Shown: positions 48,015 through 58,676 of the stretch, one piece after another
Numbering within the stretch: the stretch's first letter is position 1
Layout of the letters: the number at the start of each line of letters is the position of its first letter
NCBI GenBank assembly: GCA_963663275.1
Contig: OY760183.1
Span: forward strand, 64,001 to 128,000
Reading direction: 5' to 3'
DNA length: 64,000 nucleotides
DNA from: Chloroflexota bacterium
GTDB taxonomy: Bacteria; Chloroflexota; UBA11872; VXOZ01
Notes under the pieces: model-generated
Told to the model about the DNA's origin: nothing
The model's input: only the letters and a program-made list of their open reading frames with translations
Databases searched by the model: none
Program-made: the position numbers and the translations under genes

Positions 48015-49049
48015 CTACGCCTGCGGGTGGATCAACATCTTGCCGAATTGCGCCCGCGCCGCCATGCGCCGGTGCGCCTCTTGCGCCTGCGCCAGCGAAT
48101 ATACCTCGTCCAGCACCGGCTCCAGGATGCCGCGCTCGGCCAGCGAGAGCACCTGCCGCAGGTCCAGGCGGTTGCCGCCCATGCTGCCCAGCAGGCTTTG
48201 CTGGCGCGTGTAGAGGAGCCCGATGTCCACCGCGCCGCCGCGTCCCGTGGTCGCGCCGCAGGTGACCAACCGGCCGTTGCGCGCCAGCGAGCGGACGCTC
48301 TGCTCCCAGGTGGCCTCGCCCACGTGCTCGAAGACCACGTCCACGCCGCGCCCGTTGGTGATGCGTTTTACCGCCGCCGCCGCGTCCGCCTCCGCGTAGT
48401 TGATCGTCTCTTCCGCGCCCAGCGCCCGCGCGCGCTCCAGTTTCTCATCGCTGCCGGCGGTGGCAATCACCCTTGCGCCCAGGAAACGCGCGATCTGCAC
48501 GGCGTAGACCCCCACGCCGCTGCCGGCCGCCTGCACCAGCACCCATTCGCCCGGCTCCACCCGCGTGCGCCGGTAGAGCATGTGCCAGGCGGTGATGGCG
48601 GCCAGGGTGAGAGCCGCCGCGGCGTCGTAGGAGAGGGCGTCCGGGATAGGCACGGCAATCGACGCCGGTACCGCGACGAACTCGGCGTAGCCGCCCTGGT
48701 TGGGGGCCGTGCCGATGATGTGGCCGTTGGCGCAGATGCTCTCCTCGCCCCGCAGGCAGAACTCGCACGCGCCGCAGAAGGCCCACGGCGAGACCGCGAC
48801 CCGCTGCCCCACGGCCACGTCCCGCGCCGCCGCGCCGGTCTGCACGACCTCGCCGGCAATCTCTGAGCCGGGGATGTGCGGCGGTTCGATGCCCGGCCGC
48901 GCGCCCGTGCGCAGCCAGATGTCAAGATGGTTGACGCCCGATGCGTGGATCTTGACCAATACCTCGTCCGCCTTGGGTTCCGGCGCCGGCACGGTATCGA
49001 GTTGCAGGGTCTCCGGACCTCCAAAGGCGTGAAAGCGAACTGCGCGCAT
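48015..49049 (-). CDS. Zinc-binding MDR family dehydrogenase / quinone oxidoreductase
   Basis: VNHLD.W, CG.C..C..G....C, AAGSGVG, FGK. Confidence 0.9.
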   Translation of the reverse strand: MRAVRFHAFGGPETLQLDTVPAPEPKADEVLVKIHASGVNHLDIWLRTGARPGIEPPHIPGSEIAGEVVQTGAAARDVAVGQRVAVSPWAFCGACEFCLRGEESICANGHIIGTAPNQGGYAEFVAVPASIAVPIPDALSYDAAAALTLAAITAWHMLYRRTRVEPGEWVLVQAAGSGVGVYAVQIARFLGARVIATAGSDEKLERARALGAEETINYAEADAAAAVKRITNGRGVDVVFEHVGEATWEQSVRSLARNGRLVTCGATTGRGGAVDIGLLYTRQQSLLGSMGGNRLDLRQVLSLAERGILEPVLDEVYSLAQAQEAHRRMAARAQFGKMLIHPQA

Positions 49050-49522
49050 GGAATCTTCTCCTGAGCGGCGGTCTTGCGTGTGTTTTTCGTGCGATGGACG
49101 CGGTGGGGCGCCCTTTTCCGCTTCGCGCCTATGGTACCGCGTGCGCGGGCGGGGCGCATCCCGCCGGATTTAGGGGAACCGATTCCAATCACCGTAGACG
49201 CCCAGCGTCAGGGAGCGCGTTACAATGGACGATGCGGGGGACAAGCCCCCGCGCTACGGGGATGAAGGTGCAGGGGATGATCCCCCGGCGTCACGGTTTG
49301 AAAGTGCGGGGGACGTGTCCCCTTGGTGTTACATTGAACTGACGCGCACTGTACTACCCGTTCGTGCTGAGCCCGTCGAAGTATGAACGGGTAGTACAGT
49401 GCGCCGCAGCCAACCCGCCGTTCACCTTTCGACAGGCTCAAGGCGAACGGCGGAGCGCGCCATCATCCCTATCTGAAGAGCAATCCATTCCTCAAGAGCA
49501 ACCCAATTCTCAAGAGCAAGCC

Positions 49523-50698
49523 ATGGCGGATGTCGTCAAAATCAGCATCGAGGCTACGGACGGCGCGGCGCGGGCCGGCGTATTGTCCACGCCGCGCGGC
49601 GCGGTGCGCACCCCCGCCTTCATGCCCGTCGCCACCCAAGCCAGCGTGAAGGCCCTTACCGCGGACGAGGCCGGCACGCTCGGCGCGGAGATGCTGCTGG
49701 CGAATACCTACCACCTGCTGCTGCGGCCGGGGCCGGACCTGATGCGGGACCTTGGCGGCCTGCATAATTTCATGCGCTGGCCGGGGCCGCTGCTCACCGA
49801 TAGCGGCGGCTTTCAGATTTACAGCCTGGCGCATCGGGTGGACGTCACCGACCAGGCGGTCACCTTCCGCTCGCACCTCGACGGCAGCGCCCACGAACTC
49901 AGCCCGGAGCGCGCCGTGGCGGTGCAGGAGGCGCTGGGCGCGGACATCATCATGGCGCTCGACCACCTGACGGCCCAGCCCGCCGCGCGCGCGGACGACG
50001 AAGCGGCGCTGGCGCGCACCCTGCACTGGGCCGCCCGCTGCCGCCAGGCCCACCGGCGCGGCGGCCAGGCGCTCTTCGGCATCGTGCAGGGCGGCTTGCA
50101 CCTGGACCTGCGCGAACGCGCCATCCGCGCGCTGGAGGAGATTGGCTTTCCCGGCTACGGCATCGGCGGCCTGAGCGTGGGCGAATCGAAAGCCGCCATG
50201 TACGTCATGCTGGCGCAACTGCATCTGCTCCTGCCGCCCGGCAAACCGCGCTACCTGATGGGCGTGGGCGCGCCGGAAGACCTGCTGGAAGCCATCGCCA
50301 ACGGCGTGGATCTCTTCGATTGCGTGCTGCCCACGCGCCTGGCCCGCCACGGCGCGCTCTTCACGCCCACGGGCCGCGTGAACATCCGCAAAACCGGCTA
50401 CCGCGCCCAGGTAGCGCCCGTAGACCCCACCTGCGACTGCCCCGCCTGCGCCCACTACAGCGCCGCCTACCTGCACCACCTCTGCCGCGCCGGCGAGTTG
50501 CTCTACCACCGCCTGGCCACGCTGCACAACCTGCGCTTCATCTTTCGCCTGCTCGCGGACGCCCGCGCCGCCATCCGCCAGCGCCGCTTCGCCGCCTTCA
50601 AAGCGGACTTCCTCGCCCGCTACACCCCCGCCGCCGAAGACGTGCGCATAGCCCAACGCCGCAAGTGGCAGGCGCGCCGGGAGAGTCGAAACACCTAG
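49523..50698 (+). CDS. tgt: tRNA-guanine transglycosylase
   Basis: TPAFMPVAT, ANTYHL, TDSGGFQ, GIVQGG, YLMGVG, FDCV.P. Confidence 0.95.
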   Translation: MADVVKISIEATDGAARAGVLSTPRGAVRTPAFMPVATQASVKALTADEAGTLGAEMLLANTYHLLLRPGPDLMRDLGGLHNFMRWPGPLLTDSGGFQIYSLAHRVDVTDQAVTFRSHLDGSAHELSPERAVAVQEALGADIIMALDHLTAQPAARADDEAALARTLHWAARCRQAHRRGGQALFGIVQGGLHLDLRERAIRALEEIGFPGYGIGGLSVGESKAAMYVMLAQLHLLLPPGKPRYLMGVGAPEDLLEAIANGVDLFDCVLPTRLARHGALFTPTGRVNIRKTGYRAQVAPVDPTCDCPACAHYSAAYLHHLCRAGELLYHRLATLHNLRFIFRLLADARAAIRQRRFAAFKADFLARYTPAAEDVRIAQRRKWQARRESRNT

Positions 50699-50796
50699 GC
50701 GCGAGATTCGTAAGCCCGGACGACACGCCTGTCCCGCGCTTGTCGAACGGTTGAAACCCGGAACGCCAATGAAGCGCCACGCAAGCCCAGCCGTAG

Positions 50797-51108
50797 GCGA
50801 CCATCGCAAAACGCCTTCCCCATCGATGGGCTGACAGGTGTAATGCCTCCAATGATCGACTTCACTTGTCATTCCGAACGGAGCGCAGCGGAGAGAGGAA
50901 TCTAAGGCGTTCGCTGCAAAAGCGTCGTTTCTAGATTCCGCGAACCCTGTTCGACGCTCCGCTCGGAATGACATTTACATACCCCTTTCAGCTCTCGATT
51001 GGGGAAGGTTGGAATGAGGGTGAAAGGGATTGACTTCATATGTGTATAACTATAAGAGCACCCTGGATTCCGGCTTTCGCCGGTATGACGGAGTTACGCA
51101 AAGGCCTG
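50797..51108. mobile_element. MITE-like element (same as 3947-4085) with nested GGGCTGACAGG-type insert at 50828-50994
   Basis: Outer flanks CGTAG/CGCAG; inner insert flanked by a perfect TCGAT duplication (50823-50827 and 50995-50999). Confidence 0.75.
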
Positions 51109-51132
51109 CGCAGCAAGTAGAGAACCAGTCCC

Positions 51133-51777
51133 CTAGCGGAAGCGCGCGCGGAGCTTTGCCCAGCGGGTGTGGGCGTGGACGAACCAGGGGCTTTGGCGCT
51201 TGACCAAGCGGCCGGCGCGCAGGGATTCGAGGAAGGTCCGGGGTGAATCGAAGTCCGCCATTTCCACGTAGGCGCGGCCAAGTTCCGTGGACGTGTGGGA
51301 GTCGCTGCCCGCCGCCGCCGTGAGGCCGTGCGCGGCGGCCAGCAATTCACCCCGCCGGTTATCGCGCGCAAAGGCCGTGCGCGCGTTGAAGACCTCGATT
51401 ATGTCCACCTGCGGCAGGATGCGCATCAGGGCGTCTTCCCGCAGGCGCGAGTTGCGAAACCGGTCGAACGGATGCGGGATCATCACCAGGCCGTCCTGCG
51501 CGCGGATGCGGCGGATCGTCTCCTCCGGCGTCATGCCGCGCGGGATGTCCTCGTGGAGGAACAGGCCGATGATCTCGCCCTCGCGGGTCTTGATCTCGTT
51601 GCCCACGATCACCCGCAGCGGCGCCCACTCCCGCAAGTCCAACGCCCCGGCGATGGTGTTGTGGTCCGTCACGGCCACGCAGTCGATGCCCGCGCGCCGC
51701 CAGCCGGCCACCGCGTCCGCCGGGGCCAGTTCGGAATCCGATGAGTATGACGTATGGGTATGCAGATCGACGCGCAC
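51133..51777 (-). CDS. PHP domain-containing protein
   Basis: DLHTHT, TDHN, PHP, GSDSH. Confidence 0.9.
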   Translation of the reverse strand: MRVDLHTHTSYSSDSELAPADAVAGWRRAGIDCVAVTDHNTIAGALDLREWAPLRVIVGNEIKTREGEIIGLFLHEDIPRGMTPEETIRRIRAQDGLVMIPHPFDRFRNSRLREDALMRILPQVDIIEVFNARTAFARDNRRGELLAAAHGLTAAAGSDSHTSTELGRAYVEMADFDSPRTFLESLRAGRLVKRQSPWFVHAHTRWAKLRARFR

Positions 51778-51840
51778 CGGTGCCTCTCTCCGGATTCCGT
51801 CCGGTCGTTATCATTGCAGGCGGCGGCCAAGCGCGCCGCT

Positions 51841-52974
51841 TCAGCCGAACCGTCCCAGGCCGAACATTCCAATCTCGTGCCGCGTGCGGCCCTCCAGCGC
51901 CAGGTCGGCCATGATCTCCCCCACCACGCTGCAAAACTTGAAGCCGTGCCCGGAGAAGCCGGCCGCGATTGACACGTTCTCGTGCTCCGGATGGCGGTCC
52001 ATGATGAAGTGCCCGTCCGGCGTATTGGTGAACATGCACGGTTTCATAGCCAGCGTCGCCCCCATGCCGCCGGTCATGTACTGGTGCGCGCCGTCGCGCA
52101 GGGCCGCTTCATCTTCCGGATGGCAGGCGCGGTCCACCTCGTCCGGCGCGGTGTCCTGCCGCAGATGGTGGTACTTGCCGATCTTGAAACCGGGAATGCC
52201 GTAAATGGGAAAGCCGTAGTAGTGCCCTTCCGGCACGAGCATGTTGAAGACCGGGAAGCGGTCCGGCGTGAAGAGTTGCGGCTGCGCCGGTTGGAACCAC
52301 CCCATCACCTGGCGTTCCGGCACCGCGTGCGCGCCCAACCGCGCCAACAGGGAACCGCTCCACGCTCCCGCCGTGAAGACCACACGCGCGGCGGTGTAGG
52401 TTCCGCGCGGCGTGCGCACGGTCACGCCGCCGCGCTCCGCCTGCCAGTCGAGCACCGGCTCCCGCGCCCGCACTTCGGCGCCCGCCGCCTGCGCCTGCCA
52501 GACGTGGTGCACGATGCACCGTTCCGAGAGGACGAACCCGCCCTCCGGCTGCCACACAGCCATCATCTCCGGCGGCAGCGCGAAGCCCGGAAAGCGGCGC
52601 GTCAACTCCGCGCTGGTGAGCACGTCGTGCGCCAGGCCGTGTTCCGCGCACGACTTCATGGAACCCTCGACCACGAACGAATCCGGCGCGCCGGCGTCAA
52701 TCGAGCCGGTAACGTAGAGCAACTGCTCGCCGCCGGCCTGCTCAAGCTCGCGCCAGAGGGCGTAGGCCCGCGCCAGCAGCGGCACGTACGACGGATGCTC
52801 GAAGTACGTCAGCCGGATAACCCGGTTCACGCCGTGCGACGATCCCATTTCGTGGGGCACGTCGAACTGCTCCAGGCCCAGCACGCGCTGGCCGCGCCGC
52901 GCCAGGTGGTGCACCGTGGCGCTGCCCATACCGCCCACGCCTACGACGATCGTATCGAAATGCTCTGCCTTCAT
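51841..52974 (-). CDS. solA: Monomeric sarcosine oxidase / N-methyl-L-tryptophan oxidase family
   Basis: GVGGMG, GSSHG..R, C.FT.TPD, GFSGHGFKF. Confidence 0.85.
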   Translation of the reverse strand: MKAEHFDTIVVGVGGMGSATVHHLARRGQRVLGLEQFDVPHEMGSSHGVNRVIRLTYFEHPSYVPLLARAYALWRELEQAGGEQLLYVTGSIDAGAPDSFVVEGSMKSCAEHGLAHDVLTSAELTRRFPGFALPPEMMAVWQPEGGFVLSERCIVHHVWQAQAAGAEVRAREPVLDWQAERGGVTVRTPRGTYTAARVVFTAGAWSGSLLARLGAHAVPERQVMGWFQPAQPQLFTPDRFPVFNMLVPEGHYYGFPIYGIPGFKIGKYHHLRQDTAPDEVDRACHPEDEAALRDGAHQYMTGGMGATLAMKPCMFTNTPDGHFIMDRHPEHENVSIAAGFSGHGFKFCSVVGEIMADLALEGRTRHEIGMFGLGRFG

Positions 52975-52993
52975 GGGCTCAAACCTCACTGCT

Positions 52994-53884
52994 TTAGAGA
53001 ATCGGCTCAGGTCGAATGGGTCCTAACGGTATCTCCATCAAGTCCTCGCCCAGGATGATCGTGCCGTCGAAGACCGCCGCCGCCTCGGCCACCATGCGCT
53101 CGCGGATGCCGGGCCGCGCGATCTGCTCGGTGAGGTGGATCAGGACCAGCGTCTCCACGCCGGCCGCGGCCGCCGTCCGCGCAGAGTCCAGGTGACCCGA
53201 GCAGGACGACGTCAGGCGCGGGTCCGTCTCCACGTCGTTCAGGAAGTGGCACATGTGCAGCAGCGCGTTCGCGCCGCGCGCCAGTTCCACCAGTTGCGGA
53301 TTGGGCGCGGTATCGCCGGTGACCGCGATGCTGCCTTCCGTACTCTCGAACCGGTACGCGACCGATTCGAGATACGGCTGGCAATGGACCATTTCCGCAG
53401 TCCGGGCCTGCCAGCCGCCGCCTTCTATGGCAGCGCCCTCACCGACCTCCCGCACCCGCGGCGCGGGCCTCTGGCGCGGCAGTGTACCGCCGCGATGCTC
53501 GTAGATCAGATGGCTGCCCGGGTGCAGGGTGCGTCCCGCCAGGTCGGCCTGGTACGCGCCCTCCTCGCCAAAGAGCAGGCGCGTCATGTGCGCCGTGCCG
53601 GCGGGACCGTAGACTCGCAGATCGGGAATCTGCCCCGCGCCTTGGTCCCAGCGCGTCAGCGTCAGGTAGGCGTAGTCCATGCAGTGGTCGTAGTGCAAGT
53701 GGGTAAGAAAGAGATGCGTGACCCGCGTCGGCGGCACGCCCGCCGCCAGGAGCCGCCGCACCGCCCCCGGCCCGCAGTCGAAGAGCAGCGCGTCGTCGTC
53801 ATGTTCCACCAGAAAGCTGCAACCGCCGCGCTCCAGGGAAGGCGTGGGGGTGCCCGTGCCCAGCAGGGTCAATCGCAACGGCAT
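52994..53884 (-). CDS. MBL-fold metallohydrolase (RNase Z / arylsulfatase-like)
   Basis: LLGTG.P, DCG, THLHYDH, GDT. Confidence 0.85.
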   Translation of the reverse strand: MPLRLTLLGTGTPTPSLERGGCSFLVEHDDDALLFDCGPGAVRRLLAAGVPPTRVTHLFLTHLHYDHCMDYAYLTLTRWDQGAGQIPDLRVYGPAGTAHMTRLLFGEEGAYQADLAGRTLHPGSHLIYEHRGGTLPRQRPAPRVREVGEGAAIEGGGWQARTAEMVHCQPYLESVAYRFESTEGSIAVTGDTAPNPQLVELARGANALLHMCHFLNDVETDPRLTSSCSGHLDSARTAAAAGVETLVLIHLTEQIARPGIRERMVAEAAAVFDGTIILGEDLMEIPLGPIRPEPIL

Positions 53885-54149
53885 GGTGGCGTGGCCTCTC
53901 TGCGCTCAGCGCGGCGTCCGCTGTCTGTGCTCTGCGCGCCGCGCGCGTTCTGTTAAGATGAATCATACTTGAAACCGCTTGCGCGTGCCCGCGCCGCGCG
54001 CTCGCGGCGGCGGGCGCGCCGCACAACCCGCCGCGTCGATGCGGCGGAAAACTACACGTGTGCAAGGCGCAGCTACAGTAGGCGCTTGCAAAAATACAAG
54101 GCATTCGGCTGAAACTACGCGATTCGATGTGAAAACTACATCCATTGGC

Positions 54150-54178
54150 TTGACTGCGACAGTCGAGGAATCTATAAT
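54150..54178 (+). promoter_or_regulatory. Near-consensus sigma70 promoter of groL
   Basis: TTGACT-17 bp-TATAAT. Confidence 0.75.
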
Positions 54179-54248
54179 TGAGTTAACACCGCCGCAAAGT
54201 GCGCGGTGTGAATTGGTGTAACCCAGGAAGAAGGAGACATCTACGCCA

Positions 54249-55880
54249 ATGGCAAAGCAGGTTGTATTGGACGAGGAAGCCCGGCGCGCGCTCATGGGCG
54301 GCATCGAGAAGGTGGCCGACGCGGTTGAGTCCACCCTCGGCCCCAAGGGTCGCAACGTGGCGTTGGGCAAGAAGTACGGCGCGCCGGTGGTCACCCACGA
54401 CGGTGTCACCGTAGCCAAGGAAATCGAGCTCGAGGACGGGCTGGAAAACGTCGGCGCGCAACTCATCAAGGAAGCGGCGAGCAAGACCAACGACATCGCC
54501 GGTGACGGCACCACCACCGCTACCGTGCTGGCGCACACGCTCATCAACGAAGGCCACCGCAACGTGGTCGCCGGCGTGAACCCCATGATCATGAAGCGCG
54601 GCCTGGAGCAGGCCACCCGCGTCGTGGTCGACGAACTGCGCAGCATCGCCACGCCCGTAACCGGCAAGGCTCAGGTCGCTGAAGTCGCCTCCATCTCCGC
54701 CGCCGACGGCGAGATCGGCGACCTCATCGGCGACGTGATGGACAAGGTCGGCAAAGACGGCGTCATCACGGTGGAAGAGGGACGCGGCATCGGCTTTTCG
54801 GTCGAGTACGTAGAGGGCATGGAGTTCGATCGCGGCTACATCTCGCCCTACTTCGTCACCAACTCCGACCGCATGGAGTCTTCCATCGAAGACCCCTACA
54901 TCTTCATCACCGACAAGAAGCTGAGCGCCGGCAACGACGTGCTGCCGCTGCTGGAGAAGTTCGTGCAGGGCGGCCAGAAGAACCTGGTGGTCATCGCCGA
55001 GGACGTCGAGGGCGAGGCCCTGGCCATGATGGTCGTCAACAAGATGCGCGGCGTGCTGAACTGCGTGGCCATCAAGGCCCCCGGCTACGGCGACCGCCGC
55101 AAGGAAATGCTCCAGGACATCGCCGTCTTGACCGGCGGCCAGGTGATTTCCGAGGAACTGGGTCGCCGCCTGGACCAGGTGATGATCGAGGACCTCGGCC
55201 GCGCCCGCCGCGTCGTGTCCGATAAGGACAACACGACGTTCGTCGAGGGCCACGGTGATTCCGAAGAGGTCAAGGGCCGCATCAACCAGATCAAGGCCCA
55301 GGTGGAAGAGACTACCAGCGACTACGACCGCGAGAAGCTGGAAGAGCGCGTGGCGAAGATGTCCGGCGGCGTAGCCGTCATCAACGTGGGCGCCGCCACC
55401 GAGATCGAGCTGAAAGAGAAGAAGCACCGCGTCGAGGACGCCCTTTCGGCCACCCGCGCCGCGGTCGAGGAAGGCATCGTGCCCGGCGGCGGTATCGCGC
55501 TGCTGAACGCGCTGCCGGCGCTGGACGGCCTGAAGATCGACGGCGATGAGGGCGTGGCGGTGACGATCATGCGCCGCGCGCTGGAAGCGCCCATCCGCCG
55601 CATCTCGCAGAACGCCGGCCAGGACGGCTCGGTCATCGCGCAGGAAGTGCGCCGCCTCTCCAAGAGCCGCCGCAACAAGAACGTTGGCTTCAACGTCCTT
55701 TCCGGCGAGTACGTGGACATGATCGAGGCGGGCATCATCGACCCGCTGAAGGTCACCCGCTCGGCGGTCGAGAACGCGGCCTCGGTCGCGGCCATGGTGC
55801 TCACCACCGACGCCCTGGTGGTGGACATCCCCGAGCCGCCCGCCCCGGCCCCGGCCGAAGGCGAAGGGATGCCCTACTAA
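54249..55880 (+). CDS. groL: Chaperonin GroEL
   Basis: [42 protein letters not shown]. Confidence 0.97.
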   Translation: MAKQVVLDEEARRALMGGIEKVADAVESTLGPKGRNVALGKKYGAPVVTHDGVTVAKEIELEDGLENVGAQLIKEAASKTNDIAGDGTTTATVLAHTLINEGHRNVVAGVNPMIMKRGLEQATRVVVDELRSIATPVTGKAQVAEVASISAADGEIGDLIGDVMDKVGKDGVITVEEGRGIGFSVEYVEGMEFDRGYISPYFVTNSDRMESSIEDPYIFITDKKLSAGNDVLPLLEKFVQGGQKNLVVIAEDVEGEALAMMVVNKMRGVLNCVAIKAPGYGDRRKEMLQDIAVLTGGQVISEELGRRLDQVMIEDLGRARRVVSDKDNTTFVEGHGDSEEVKGRINQIKAQVEETTSDYDREKLEERVAKMSGGVAVINVGAATEIELKEKKHRVEDALSATRAAVEEGIVPGGGIALLNALPALDGLKIDGDEGVAVTIMRRALEAPIRRISQNAGQDGSVIAQEVRRLSKSRRNKNVGFNVLSGEYVDMIEAGIIDPLKVTRSAVENAASVAAMVLTTDALVVDIPEPPAPAPAEGEGMPY

Positions 55881-55914
55881 GAGGCAACCGCATTCTCGCT
55901 AACGAGAAACCGCA

Positions 55915-55942
55915 AAGAGGCTCCCCGTACGGGGAGCCTCTT
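55915..55942 (+). terminator. Intrinsic terminator after groL
   Basis: AAGAGGCTCCCC-GTAC-GGGGAGCCTCTT. Confidence 0.75.
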
Positions 55943-56175
55943 CTATCTTGTCCCCTCTCCCTGTGGGAGAGGGTTAGGGTGAGGGGAGACTTTACGGCGA
56001 ATCATACCCAATTCTTGCGAGATGGGGCGGAACCGACGAGGATTCCCCCTCACCCCGGCCCTCTCCCCAGGGAGAGGGAGTCTGATCGCGCGCCGACCTA
56101 TGTTGCGCAAAGGTCTCACGAGGGAGAGGGCTAGGGTGAGGGTGATTTACCCCAAGAGGCCACGTTGAAACCGCG

Positions 56176-58626
56176 CTAGCCCCGCAATTTCCTGTGGCCG
56201 GGGTCGTACAGCGGTTCCGCCGTTACCGTAGCCGCATACCGCTTGCCGAAGTACTCTATTTCCACCCCGGTACCGGGCGTCGCATACGCCAGCGGCAGAT
56301 ACCCGTAGGCGATGCTCTTGCCGACGCTGTAGCCGAAACCCGCGCTGGTCACGTAGCCCAGCGCGCGCTCGCCGTCCAGGATCGGCTCCTTGCCCATCAC
56401 CACGTGGCTGGCATCGTCCAGCGTGAGGCAGCAGAGCCGCCGCGCGATACCCGCTTCCCTGATGCGCGTGAGCGCCTCCCGGCCCAGGAAATCGCCCTTG
56501 TCGACTTTCACCGCCCAACCCAGGCCGGCCTCGTACGGATTGTACTCGGTATGGATGTCCGCGCCCCACATGCGGTAGCCTTTCTCCAACCGCAGGGACT
56601 CGAACGCCCCGCCGCCGCCCGCGATGATGCCATAAGGCTGCCCCGCTTCCCAGAGCGCGTCCCAGACGCCGAGGCCGTACTCGGTGGGCATATAGATTTC
56701 CCAGCCCAACTCGCCCACGTAGGAGACGCGCAACGCCCGCGCCGGCGCCGCGCCGATGGTGATTGACTTGCTGGCGAAATAGGGCAAGGCGCGGTTGGAT
56801 ACGTCCTCAGCGCACACCTGTTGCAGCACGTCCCGCGCCCGCGGCCCCCACAGGCCGATGCCGCAATATGCCGAAGTCACGTCAATGATCGTCACCGAGC
56901 CGTCAGCGGGCGCGTGGCGGCGCAGCCACGCCAAGTCCCGCGTGCCGCTCGCGCCGCCGGTGAGCACCAGAAAGCGGTCTCGCGCCAGCCGCGTCAGCGT
57001 CAGGTCGCACTGGATGCCGCCGTTTTGGTTCAGCAGCGCCGTGTACACCACCTTGCCCACCGGACGGTCGATCCGGTTGGCAGTGATTGAGTCCAGGAAG
57101 CCCAGCGCGCCCGGCCCGCTCACCTCCAACTTGGTGAAGGGAGTCAGGTCGTAGAGAGCCGCGCGCTCGCGGGTGGCGCGGTGCTCGCCGGCCTGGATGG
57201 GACTCCAGTGCCGCGCCTCCCAACCGGAGCGCACCGGCGCATCTTCTCCGGCAGCCAGTTCCGCGTTAGCCTCGAACCACTGCGGCCGCTCCCACCCGGC
57301 GCTCTCGAAGCAGACCGCGCCCAGCGCCTCGAAGCGCGGCTGGAACGGGCTGCGCCGCACGTTTCGGGGATTCTCCAGTTGCTGCAGCGGGTGGATGATG
57401 TCGTAGACCTCCCGGTACTGCTGCGCCCCGCGCGCCCGCACGTAGGCCGGGGTGTGCGCGTGCGGCGGAAAGCGGAGATAGTCGGCTTCCCGCAGGTCGA
57501 GGCCGGTCACGCCCTCGTCCATCCACTCGGCCACCACGTTGCCCGCGCCGCCGCCGTGGGTAATCCACACCGCCTCGGCGATCCACAAGCCGTCCACCCC
57601 CGGCGCTTCACCCAGAATGGATAGACCGTCCGGCGTGAAGGAGAACATGCCGTTGAAAGCGTCGGTCAGTTCGACGTCGCGCAGGGTGGGAATGAGTTCG
57701 CCCGCCGCCCGGCGCGCCACCGCGAAGTGCTCCGGCGTGAAGTCCATCATGGCCGGCGCGCGCTTGGCCGCGGCCGGGCTGAGAATGTCATCCGGTTCCA
57801 CGGGCAGCGGTTCGTGCTTGTACGACCCGATGCCGTAGTGATCGCCCTCCTGGCGGAAGTACATGGCGTAGTCCTGGTGCCGCACGATGGGATGAACGAC
57901 CTCGCGGGTCTCGCCGCGCAGCGCGGGCAGCGGCGCGGTGCGGGTGTACTGGTGCTGCACCGGCAGCAGCGGAATGGAAACACCGGCCATGCGCCCGACC
58001 CTGGGCCCCCAGATGCCGGCGCAGATGAGCACGGTTTCGGCGCTGATGCGGCCCGCGCTGGTCTCCACCGCCCGCGCGCGCCCACCTTTCACCACAATGC
58101 CGGTAACGGTGGTATGGCCGTGGAACGCCGCGCCGCGCTCCCGCGCGTAGCGGGACATGGCCTCGGCGGCGCGCACCGGCTTGGCGATGCCGTCGCTGGG
58201 CACGTAGTACGCGCCGTGAATGACGTTGGAATCGAGCAGCGGCACGAGGTCTTGGGATTCTTCAGGGGAAATCAAACGGGCTTCCAGGCCGTACGACTTG
58301 GCGAAGCCCGCCTTGCGGTGCAGGTCCTGCCACCGCTCTTCCGTGTACGCCACCTCCAGGCTGCCCACGCCATACCAGCACGGCTGCCCGTCCAGTTCCA
58401 GCCCACCGTAGAGCGCCACCGTATCCTGGGCCAGCGTGGTCATGAGCTTGGAGGCGTTTGTCTGAAATACCAGGCCGGGCGCGTGGGAACTGGAGCCGCC
58501 GGTGTCGAACAGCGGCCCCTGATCCACCACGACGATGTCCCGCCACCCGCGCCGGGTGAGGTAATAGGCGACGCTGCACCCCACGATGCCGGCGCCGATG
58601 ATGACGAGACGCGCCTGCGATTGCAC
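56176..58626 (-). CDS. GcvT-family FAD/folate enzyme (dimethylglycine oxidase/dehydrogenase-like)
   Basis: IIGAGIVG, GGSSSHAPG, FSFTPDG, GWERP, SYVGELGWE, SLRLEKGY; GTG start after AAGGAG. Confidence 0.9.
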   Translation of the reverse strand: MQSQARLVIIGAGIVGCSVAYYLTRRGWRDIVVVDQGPLFDTGGSSSHAPGLVFQTNASKLMTTLAQDTVALYGGLELDGQPCWYGVGSLEVAYTEERWQDLHRKAGFAKSYGLEARLISPEESQDLVPLLDSNVIHGAYYVPSDGIAKPVRAAEAMSRYARERGAAFHGHTTVTGIVVKGGRARAVETSAGRISAETVLICAGIWGPRVGRMAGVSIPLLPVQHQYTRTAPLPALRGETREVVHPIVRHQDYAMYFRQEGDHYGIGSYKHEPLPVEPDDILSPAAAKRAPAMMDFTPEHFAVARRAAGELIPTLRDVELTDAFNGMFSFTPDGLSILGEAPGVDGLWIAEAVWITHGGGAGNVVAEWMDEGVTGLDLREADYLRFPPHAHTPAYVRARGAQQYREVYDIIHPLQQLENPRNVRRSPFQPRFEALGAVCFESAGWERPQWFEANAELAAGEDAPVRSGWEARHWSPIQAGEHRATRERAALYDLTPFTKLEVSGPGALGFLDSITANRIDRPVGKVVYTALLNQNGGIQCDLTLTRLARDRFLVLTGGASGTRDLAWLRRHAPADGSVTIIDVTSAYCGIGLWGPRARDVLQQVCAEDVSNRALPYFASKSITIGAAPARALRVSYVGELGWEIYMPTEYGLGVWDALWEAGQPYGIIAGGGGAFESLRLEKGYRMWGADIHTEYNPYEAGLGWAVKVDKGDFLGREALTRIREAGIARRLCCLTLDDASHVVMGKEPILDGERALGYVTSAGFGYSVGKSIAYGYLPLAYATPGTGVEIEYFGKRYAATVTAEPLYDPGHRKLRG

Positions 58627-58676
58627 GAGACTTTCTCCTTCGTTGGATTGCGGCAAGCGCCGCCGAAAACGAGGGT

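Noticed and set aside
54183-54212. CIRCE element before groL
   Set aside because: Does not fit TTAGCACTC-N9-GAGTGCTAA in sequence or spacing.
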